The position numbers and the translations under genes are program-made. Shown piece after piece: positions 8,895 through 16,292 of a stretch of 38,628 bases of DNA (positions within the stretch are counted from its first letter, which is position 1; each line of letters begins with the position of its first letter). The stretch comes from Candidatus Onthoplasma sp. (GTDB lineage: Bacteria > Bacillota > Clostridia > Christensenellales > UBA1242). Under the pieces are notes generated by a model. The model was not told the origin of the DNA. It saw only the letters and a program-made list of their open reading frames with translations, and did not search any database. Where the stretch lies: contig JAZUAB010000091.1 in assembly GCA_045637745.1 (NCBI GenBank), forward strand, positions 1-38,628, read 5' to 3'.

Positions 8895-9098
8895 ATGGAA
8901 ATATTTGCTGAAAGACTTAAAGATTTGCGTGAAGAAAAAAATCTATCAATGCAGGCATTGGCTAGAGAGTTAAAAGTTAGTTCTAGTTCTGTTTTTGCTT
9001 GGGAAAGCGGAAAAACAGATATTAAGGCAACTCAATTAAAATTACTTGCAAATTACTTTAAAGTTTCAACTGATTATTTATTAGGTTTAGAAAATTAA
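8895..9098 (+). CDS. Small XRE-family HTH protein (67 aa), paralogue of 8602-8799
   Basis: MEIFAERLKDLREEKNLSMQALA...YFKVSTDYLLGLEN. There is no SD. TATAAT ends 7 nt upstream of this ATG, suggesting a leaderless mRNA. ATG 8886 is an alternative start. Confidence 0.75.
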   Translation: MEIFAERLKDLREEKNLSMQALARELKVSSSSVFAWESGKTDIKATQLKLLANYFKVSTDYLLGLEN

Positions 9099-9125
9099 AA
9101 AATGTCACACCGTGTCATTTTTTTA
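9097..9125. terminator. Bidirectional terminator between XRE(+) and tex(-)
   Basis: AAAAAATGTCAC-ACC-GTGTCATTTTTTT hairpin with one T:T mismatch and A/T runs on both sides. Confidence 0.65.
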
Positions 9126-9126
9126 T

Positions 9127-11316
9127 TTATTGTATTTTCCCTAATACTTTTTCATTATATTTAGCCATATCTTCCTCGGTCACGCCTTTGATTGTTAATG
9201 AGATACGCTTCTTTTCAGGTTCTACACCAATAATTTTAACAATTACCTTATCACCAACCTTAAGCACTTCGCTTGGATGCTTAATATAATCTTTGCTAAT
9301 TTCGCTTATATGAACAAGACCATCTTGGTGAACTGAAATATCTACAAACACACCAAAGTCAATAACGTTACGTACCACGCCATCAAGCACCATACCAACT
9401 TTTAGGTCTTTTACATCTAGTAGCTCACTTTTTAATATTGGCTTAGGCAAATCTTCACGAATGTCACGACCCGGCTTGGACAACTCTTTTACGATGTCTT
9501 CAAGTGTAGGCTCACCACAATTGATAGTTTTAGCAATCTTTGAAATACCTTCTGTTGCTACAATGTTTGCAAAGTTTTGCATCTTTTCGGTATTAATATC
9601 ATTAACTGTTAAGCCAAAATATTGCAATAAGCGCTTACATATATCATAGCTTTCAGGGTGCACGCCAGTGTTATCTAATATATTAACACCATCAACAATA
9701 CGCAAGAAACCTGCACATTGTTCATAAGCTTTGTCACCAAGTTTAGATACCTTTTTAATCTCAGAAATGCTATCAAACTTACCATTTTCTTGACGATATT
9801 TTTCAATATTCTTAGCCACAGTTTTATTTAATCCTGCAACATAACTCAATAGACTTGGGCTAGCAGTATTTACATCAACACCAACACTGTTAACACAATC
9901 TTCCACAACACCTTCTAATACTTGAGTTAAACGATTTTGTGGCATATCATGCTGATATTGACCCACGCCAATGCTTTTAACATCAATTTTAATCAGTTCA
10001 GCCAATGGGTCTTGAAGTCTACGAGCAATTGACACCGCACTTCTTAGAGCAACATCATAGTCAGGGAATTCTTCAGCCCCCAACTTGCTTGCACTATAAA
10101 CACTGGCGCCAGCTTCGTTAACTACAGCATATTCAACTTTACGTGGCAGCTTCTTGATTAGGTTGGCTACAAATATTTCACTTTCCTTAGTGGCGGTTCC
10201 ATTACCAATACTAATAACATCTACATAATGTTTTAATATCAAGTCTGTAAGTTTAGCTTCAGCCTCTTCAATCTTATTTTGAGGAGGGGTCGGATATATA
10301 ACTGTAGTAGCCAATACCCCACCAAACTCATCAATAACCGCAATTTTACAACCAGTTCTATATGCTGGATCCAAACCTAAAATAACTCTATTCTTAAGAG
10401 GTGGTTGCATTAATAATGGTTTTAAATTCACTTCAAACATTTTAATAGCTTGTTCGCTTGCTGTATCAGTAAGTTCATTACGAACTTCACGCTCAAGACT
10501 AGGGAAAATAAGTCTGCCATATGCATCTTCAGCCACCGTTTCCAATAGTTGCTGATAAGGACTATTTTCTTTAATATACTTTTTAGCGATAACATCCATC
10601 GCAATTTGTTGCTTTAATACTAAGTTCACTTTCAAATACTTCTCTTTTTCACCACGATTGATTGCAAGCACACGATGACTAGGCAATGTCTTGATTGGCG
10701 ACTTATAGTTATCATACATTTGATATACATAAGCCTCTTCACCCTCTTGCAATTCACATTCTATATCACCACGATGAACCAAATAGTTGCGTAAGCTTTT
10801 ACGAATTTCAGCATCATCACTAATCATTTCAGCCACGATATCACATGCACCTTGGATTGCATCAGCAATTGAAACAACTTCTTCGGTTAGATATTTTTCT
10901 GCCTCACGCTCAACCATCTCACCACTTTGAGCCAAGATAAAGTCAGCCAATGGTTGCAACCCTCTAGCGATAGCAACGCTAGCACGAGTTTTACGCTTTG
11001 GTCTAAATGGGCGATATATATCATCAATTTCAGTTAGCGTATTAGCCTCATCCAGTGACTTCTTAATTTCATCGGTCATATTGCCTTGCTCGTTGATTAG
11101 GTTAAACACTTCTTCACGACGCTTATTTAAATTTCTTAAATAATTTAATCTATCTGCAAATGTACGCAAAGTTTGGTCATCACAACTACCTGTCATTTCT
11201 TTACGATAACGGGCAATAAATGGTATTGTACATCCCTCATCTAACAAATCAATAATATTGTCAGTATGATTTTGTTTTAAGTTAAATTCTAATGCTAATT
11301 GTTGATTAATTTCCAT
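9127..11316 (-). CDS. tex: Tex-family transcription accessory protein (S1 RNA-binding domain)
   Basis: 729 aa. The N-terminus is IPFIARYRKE, followed by YqgF/RuvC-like and HhH regions and a C-terminal S1 domain (GMVLDGVVRNVIDFGVFVDI...GLVHISE). Confidence 0.9.
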   Translation of the reverse strand: MEINQQLALEFNLKQNHTDNIIDLLDEGCTIPFIARYRKEMTGSCDDQTLRTFADRLNYLRNLNKRREEVFNLINEQGNMTDEIKKSLDEANTLTEIDDIYRPFRPKRKTRASVAIARGLQPLADFILAQSGEMVEREAEKYLTEEVVSIADAIQGACDIVAEMISDDAEIRKSLRNYLVHRGDIECELQEGEEAYVYQMYDNYKSPIKTLPSHRVLAINRGEKEKYLKVNLVLKQQIAMDVIAKKYIKENSPYQQLLETVAEDAYGRLIFPSLEREVRNELTDTASEQAIKMFEVNLKPLLMQPPLKNRVILGLDPAYRTGCKIAVIDEFGGVLATTVIYPTPPQNKIEEAEAKLTDLILKHYVDVISIGNGTATKESEIFVANLIKKLPRKVEYAVVNEAGASVYSASKLGAEEFPDYDVALRSAVSIARRLQDPLAELIKIDVKSIGVGQYQHDMPQNRLTQVLEGVVEDCVNSVGVDVNTASPSLLSYVAGLNKTVAKNIEKYRQENGKFDSISEIKKVSKLGDKAYEQCAGFLRIVDGVNILDNTGVHPESYDICKRLLQYFGLTVNDINTEKMQNFANIVATEGISKIAKTINCGEPTLEDIVKELSKPGRDIREDLPKPILKSELLDVKDLKVGMVLDGVVRNVIDFGVFVDISVHQDGLVHISEISKDYIKHPSEVLKVGDKVIVKIIGVEPEKKRISLTIKGVTEEDMAKYNEKVLGKIQ

Positions 11317-11345
11317 AAATGTATTTCCTTTTAAGTAACATATTT

Positions 11346-11374
11346 ATTATAGCAAATTTACACTTTTTTGACAA
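11346..11374 (-). promoter_or_regulatory. Promoter of tex
   Basis: Minus strand reads TTGTCA (11374-11369), 17 nt, TATAAT (11351-11346). Confidence 0.55.
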
Positions 11375-11404
11375 ATAAATATCAACAGAAATTAATAAAT
11401 AAAT

Positions 11405-11436
11405 AATAAAAAATACGAGCAAAACCCCCGTATTTT
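11405..11436 (-). terminator. Putative terminator after the acyltransferase/GT8 operon
   Basis: AAATACG (11411-11417) pairs with CGTATTT (11429-11435) around an 11-nt loop, with a T-run following on the minus strand. Confidence 0.45.
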
Positions 11437-11577
11437 AAGTGCTTTATTTAATTTTAACGCAATTTAATTGTTTTTTTGAAAATAAAATTAAGTTTTATAA
11501 AATATATTTTTTAATTTATTTTGATATTTTTTATTATTTCCCAATATTAGTTGTACTAGAGATTATATGGTAAGTCC

Positions 11578-12453
11578 TTAGCGGTCTTTTGCTGTTGTAT
11601 ATTCTAGCTTTTTATTATAAAAATCTTCATATACTTTCACCCAAGCATTATAGTTGGTATCTCGCATATATTCAATATTTTCGTGTTTATCAAGTTCAGC
11701 TTTAGGATAGATAGGCTCCAAGATATGTGCGGTATGTGCAAGATTTGGATTCCCATCTTTACCGACAACCTCTTCCATTGTAATAAATATTGGTAAAACA
11801 GGAACATTATTTTTAACCGCAAATGTAAACGCACCATCTTTTAATGGGCGAGGCTTACGATAATTTGGCCACAAGCATTGTTCTGGATAAATTAATATGT
11901 GATTTTTACGCGCCAGCAATTCGTCAACTGCGCGTATAAATTTACGCATAGTTTGCCCGTTTGAGCTAAGTGGCAGTACATCACAATTACGCATAAAAAA
12001 CTTCAACACTGGTGGATTAGTATAATTACCCTCGCGAACCACTCTATACATCTTTTTCTGTTTACTATACTTAAACAACTTTTGCATAATAAAGCTATCA
12101 TTTGGGCTAAAATGATTACATGTAATAATTGCACCCTTTGTTAAATTTTGCCAATTTTCAAGACCTTTAACTTCTTTAATAATTAATTGTCCCTTTTTTA
12201 TAAATCCATTAATACCAATTTGAGCAGCAATGTTAGCAATTTTGGATTTAATCTTAGTAATGAGCTTTTTTTGTGTATAGTCAATTTCATGAGGAAGCAA
12301 TTCGTATGTTGGCGGATCGTTATTTACATCTACATCAAATTTTCCTTCACTTTCAAGCAATGCAATACGCTCATCCGCGCTCAAGCTTTCCCATCCCACG
12401 CTTTTCTTCCAATCGGCATCTTTATCTTTAATTATGACTTCTTTCCTACTCAT
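11578..12453 (-). CDS. Lysophospholipid acyltransferase (PlsC/LPLAT) family protein
   Basis: NHFSPND (HX4D block) and a YPEQCLWP...RP.K.GAF block. Paralogous to 14540-15319. Confidence 0.7.
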   Translation of the reverse strand: MSRKEVIIKDKDADWKKSVGWESLSADERIALLESEGKFDVDVNNDPPTYELLPHEIDYTQKKLITKIKSKIANIAAQIGINGFIKKGQLIIKEVKGLENWQNLTKGAIITCNHFSPNDSFIMQKLFKYSKQKKMYRVVREGNYTNPPVLKFFMRNCDVLPLSSNGQTMRKFIRAVDELLARKNHILIYPEQCLWPNYRKPRPLKDGAFTFAVKNNVPVLPIFITMEEVVGKDGNPNLAHTAHILEPIYPKAELDKHENIEYMRDTNYNAWVKVYEDFYNKKLEYTTAKDR

Positions 12454-12524
12454 ACATTCCTCTATTTGTTCAATATTATTAATATGCTATCATCTCTTTA
12501 CTTTAAAGTGCTACCTTCATAATA

Positions 12525-13589
12525 TTAGCACCCACTGGCAATTGGTTCTTCATCAAAAAATAAGTTCAAAAAATCATCTAAGATATTAAATTCTTCAGCT
12601 GACTTCAGCTCAATTTCTTGCTTTTGAGCTAACGCTTCACGCTCGCGGTCAAGAGTGCGCTTAAAGTTATTAGGATCGTTAGCCACTTGGTTTGCATAAT
12701 TTAATAAGTTTTGTAAAGCTTGTCTATCTTTAGCTCTACGCTCATCACCATAATCCTTTTGCATTTGTAGCAACATATTATAATATGGAGTTTTCTTAGC
12801 TGCATCCCAGAAATATTTTTCGTACAATACTCCTTCATATTTCCATGGCTTGTCAAACATATTATAATGCACTAAATATAGATCTTTTTCATCGAATGTA
12901 GGATCAGCAATTGGCATCTTGTCCCAGCCTTGAGCTAGATAGTGCACTTTATCTTTACATAAGATATTTAAATAGTCCTGGTCTGGACAAACCGCACTAA
13001 ATGGATAATTGTTTAATAAGTACAAAAATTTATCTTCTAAATTTTCTTTTCTAAATCCTTCAAGGTTCATAACAATAATACCTGAGTTAAAATATTTTTG
13101 TTGAATAACTCCTACACCATTAGCCATATAGTTACTAAATATTTCGCTGTTTGCGACAACTTCATCAATACAACCACCAATCAAATTGTTGCCAAGATTT
13201 ACATTGTACAAGTCAGCAATATCTCTAATAATTGTAATATCGCAGTCTAAGTAAAGAGCTTTTTTATATTGAGGGAATAGGCTAGGTATAAACAATCTGT
13301 AATAAATAGCTGGCGAATAATAATCTCTAAGCTGAGCTTTAAGCTTGTGATAAATATCATCAATCTTAGCTGAAACGTCCACATACTTAATTTTTACATT
13401 ATCAGTTTCCATTGAAGTTAACACTTGCTTGCTTTCCTCATTTAAGCCTGTATTTAAAATATGTAAGATATACATATTTTCTTTGCTAGATGTATCAATC
13501 AAAGATCTAATTGCTACTACTAGGCAAGGAACATAATTATCATCTGTTGAAAAGAATATAGGAATTTCTTTTAAATTTTTATTAAACAT
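12525..13589 (-). CDS. Glycosyltransferase family 8 protein with a C-terminal charged/coiled extension
   Basis: IPIFFSTDDNY, YLDCDITIIRDIADLY (DxD) and FNSGIIVMNL blocks. Start moved to ATG 13587-13589, which has a GGGAGAA SD. Confidence 0.75.
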   Translation of the reverse strand: MFNKNLKEIPIFFSTDDNYVPCLVVAIRSLIDTSSKENMYILHILNTGLNEESKQVLTSMETDNVKIKYVDVSAKIDDIYHKLKAQLRDYYSPAIYYRLFIPSLFPQYKKALYLDCDITIIRDIADLYNVNLGNNLIGGCIDEVVANSEIFSNYMANGVGVIQQKYFNSGIIVMNLEGFRKENLEDKFLYLLNNYPFSAVCPDQDYLNILCKDKVHYLAQGWDKMPIADPTFDEKDLYLVHYNMFDKPWKYEGVLYEKYFWDAAKKTPYYNMLLQMQKDYGDERRAKDRQALQNLLNYANQVANDPNNFKRTLDREREALAQKQEIELKSAEEFNILDDFLNLFFDEEPIASGC

Positions 13590-13664
13590 AAATTTTCTCC
13601 CATTATTTTTTAATTTTTGTGTTTTATTTAATTTTCTACTTAATTTTATCATTTTGTTCTCCTT

Positions 13665-14543
13665 CTATATTGTTTTTTTAACAAATTCTTTAGCTTCATT
13701 AATTACGTTATCGTATTTGTAACACTTTAATTTACTGTGCATAGCATCTAAATGCCAAGGTTTTATATTAATGGTGTGGAATAATCTAAACCATTTTGTC
13801 ATCGGTTGACAATACTTTTTATTTGGATTAGATTTTTTCATAAAATTAGGATACCACCTAATTGATTTGCAAAAATGCCTTATAATATCATTTTTATGGT
13901 CACGTCTTTGAGAATTAAATCTTGCAGGCAAATATAGTTTGTACCTCGCTTGCTTATTTAGCGCTGTTTGATCTGGAAATGCCATTTTTTTTGTGTTAAC
14001 AACATGGCGACACCTTTCAAACAAGCCCGTTTCACGTATTTTTTTCATATTCAATAGCATTACACCTGAATTAATATATCTAGGTCCAATAAATATTTTG
14101 CCATAGTAATCTTTTACTGCACCATATTCATAATTTTCAATATCATAATTATACAATTCTGAAATATCTCCGCCTGCCACAACATCAATATCAAGATATA
14201 ATACTTTGTTTGGGATTTCTTTTACTTCATCTGCCAGCAATCTAATAAATGCATATGGTGAATAAGAATTTTCCATATTAGCCGAATCTTTATTTTTTAC
14301 CTTGAACAATTCTGTCACATCAACTAAATGAATCTCGCTTTGTTCATTTGCCTGTTTAATGTATTGTTCGAGCTTAGATATATTCTGCTGTTGCAATGGT
14401 TTGTAGTTTGAGTTAATCTCACTTAAATCCATTGTTAGCACATATACATTTAACGGCTGTTTGCAATGTTTTATAATAGAAATTAATGAGATTGATAAAG
14501 GTTCAAAAACTTTATCGTTACCACAAAATAATAAATTTATCAT
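13665..14543 (-). CDS. Glycosyltransferase family 8 protein
   Basis: YLDIDVVAGGDISELY (DxD) and INSGVMLLNM blocks. AAGGGGAG SD. Its start forms an ATGA overlap with the upstream stop. Confidence 0.75.
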   Translation of the reverse strand: MINLLFCGNDKVFEPLSISLISIIKHCKQPLNVYVLTMDLSEINSNYKPLQQQNISKLEQYIKQANEQSEIHLVDVTELFKVKNKDSANMENSYSPYAFIRLLADEVKEIPNKVLYLDIDVVAGGDISELYNYDIENYEYGAVKDYYGKIFIGPRYINSGVMLLNMKKIRETGLFERCRHVVNTKKMAFPDQTALNKQARYKLYLPARFNSQRRDHKNDIIRHFCKSIRWYPNFMKKSNPNKKYCQPMTKWFRLFHTINIKPWHLDAMHSKLKCYKYDNVINEAKEFVKKTI

Positions 14544-15319
14544 TTGTCTCCCCTTTTGACATATTCGTAATAATCAAAATTGCTATTTTTGCTTCTTTCT
14601 ACCATACAGGCATATATTCTGTCACGCAAATCTTCCTGTTGTTGTTTTAAATCTAAGCTTTTATCTGGATAAAATGGACCATCTACATAAATTACAATTT
14701 TAGGTTTTTTCTTTTTACCATTTTGTTGATAGGTTGTAGTGTAACAATATGATGGATCTTGAAATTTAACTGGATATCTAAACGCTGTAGATTTATATGG
14801 TCTAATCTTTGTATAATATGGCCAAATGTGAGCTTCGGGATAGATTAACACTGGATGCCCTTGTACTAATCGTTTTTCCATGGCATTCATAAAATTTCTC
14901 GTCCCCTCTAGTGAACTAGGTAATGGTAAAGCCCCTAACATTTTGGTCATATTGCCAAGCACTGGTATGTTCATATTCTCGCTAGCCACTACCGTATATG
15001 TTTTTGTTGGAAAACTAATCATATGAGGCGATAACACGTCGCTAAACTTATTAGTATGGTTTGCATACACAAAATATCCTTTCCCTTTACACTTCTTTAG
15101 CACTTGCTTATTTTCAAATTTAACACCGCGACACAATTTATACATAATCGCTATTGGTGTTGCAATAATACGGTATGCTATAAAACTAAAGAATTTATAA
15201 ATAGGATTCTTACTAATATATTTGTACTTGGCATCAATAACTTTTGGTTTTACATTTGAACCAGAAAATTCGTTATTAAGCTCATCTGTATAATATATTG
15301 TTTGCTTTACTTGTTCCAC
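14540..15319 (-). CDS. Lysophospholipid acyltransferase (PlsC/LPLAT) family protein
   Basis: ANHTNKFSD block and YPEAHIWPYY..IRPYKSTAF block. GTG start 15317-15319 with an AGGAG SD. TGA stop. Confidence 0.65.
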   Translation of the reverse strand: MEQVKQTIYYTDELNNEFSGSNVKPKVIDAKYKYISKNPIYKFFSFIAYRIIATPIAIMYKLCRGVKFENKQVLKKCKGKGYFVYANHTNKFSDVLSPHMISFPTKTYTVVASENMNIPVLGNMTKMLGALPLPSSLEGTRNFMNAMEKRLVQGHPVLIYPEAHIWPYYTKIRPYKSTAFRYPVKFQDPSYCYTTTYQQNGKKKKPKIVIYVDGPFYPDKSLDLKQQQEDLRDRIYACMVERSKNSNFDYYEYVKRGDK

Positions 15320-15420
15320 TTAATTATCTCCTGTGTCATTTTTCGACAAGCAAATTATACTAATTATTATAAAAAAATCAAACCATTTTTGACAATTTTT
15401 GCTCTAAACCTAAAATCTTA

Positions 15421-15483
15421 AAAGTAGAATTCTACTTTACAATCGGTAGAGCATCAAAATCAACTCTACCGCCAGTAGAATTT
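15421..15483. promoter_or_regulatory. Operator-like repeat array (GTAGA core) in a divergent intergenic region
   Basis: 18-bp perfect palindrome AAAGTAGAATTCTACTTT (15421-15438). Inverted repeat CGGTAGAG (15444-15451) / CTCTACCG (15464-15471). A third GTAGAATT copy lies at 15475-15482, just upstream of the -35 at 15497. Confidence 0.6.
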
Positions 15484-15496
15484 ATGTGAAAATTGC

Positions 15497-15525
15497 TTGA
15501 TTTTAACAATTTTAGGTGGTATAAT
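15497..15525 (+). promoter_or_regulatory. Near-consensus extended -10 promoter of the membrane-anchored XRE gene
   Basis: TTGATT (15497-15502), 17 nt, TGgTATAAT (15517-15525). The -10 ends 6 nt before ATG 15532, so the transcript may be leaderless. Confidence 0.6.
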
Positions 15526-15531
15526 ATAAAT

Positions 15532-16119
15532 ATGGAAGAATTGAAAGATATTATCGCAGACAATTTAATAAGTTTGCGCAAAGCCAACAAGTTAACTCAA
15601 CTTGAACTGGCCGAAAAGTTAAATTATTCAGATAAAGCCATCTCCAAATGGGAGCGTGGCGAAAGTTTGCCCGATATTGTTATATTAAAACAATTGGCAG
15701 ATATGTATGGCGTATCCATAGATTACATATTAAACGAACACAATGAAGAAGCCAAAGCCAAGTATCGCATCCCGCGTCCTGAGCTTAATAATAAGTTAAT
15801 CATCACACTGCTAGCCTGTTTGTCCGTGTGGATATTGGCGGCAATATTGTATGTAAATTTCAAGATAATGTTTGATGTTTATTACTGGCGTATATGGATT
15901 TGGGCATTGCCAGCATCCAGTATTGTATTAATTGTATTTAGTGGAATTTGGGGCAAAAAGGGACATATTATAGCGTCTGTATCATTATTTATTTGGACAG
16001 CATTGCTAGGTGTTTATATTCAATTGTTGCAATATAATTTATGGTCATTATTCCTATTAGGAATTCCAGCTCAATTTGCAACCAGTTTGTCAGGCAAAAT
16101 TACAAGAAAGAAAAAATAA
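15532..16119 (+). CDS. XRE-family HTH regulator with a C-terminal 4-TM membrane domain
   Basis: N-terminal HTH (LRKANKLTQLELAEKLNYSDKAISKWERGESLPD...YGVSIDYIL) followed by about four hydrophobic helices. Confidence 0.75.
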   Translation: MEELKDIIADNLISLRKANKLTQLELAEKLNYSDKAISKWERGESLPDIVILKQLADMYGVSIDYILNEHNEEAKAKYRIPRPELNNKLIITLLACLSVWILAAILYVNFKIMFDVYYWRIWIWALPASSIVLIVFSGIWGKKGHIIASVSLFIWTALLGVYIQLLQYNLWSLFLLGIPAQFATSLSGKITRKKK

Positions 16120-16138
16120 GCACCTTGCTTATTTTTTT
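16117..16138 (+). terminator. Terminator after the XRE-TM gene
   Basis: TAAGCA-CCT-TGCTTA hairpin that includes the TAA stop, followed by T7. Confidence 0.55.
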
Positions 16139-16240
16139 GTTGTTAATTATTGTCAAATGTGAGTTATTGTTAATTAATAAAATTTCGACATAATATGTAA
16201 TAATTAATTAATTTTAATAAATTATATTTATTAATTTAAG

Positions 16241-16270
16241 TTGACAAATGCAATGTAAAAATATTATCAT
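16241..16270 (+). promoter_or_regulatory. Promoter of xfp
   Basis: TTGACA (16241-16246), 18 nt, TATCAT (16265-16270). AAGGGG SD before ATG 16293. Confidence 0.5.
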
Positions 16271-16292
16271 TTAAGTATATAAGGGGTATATA

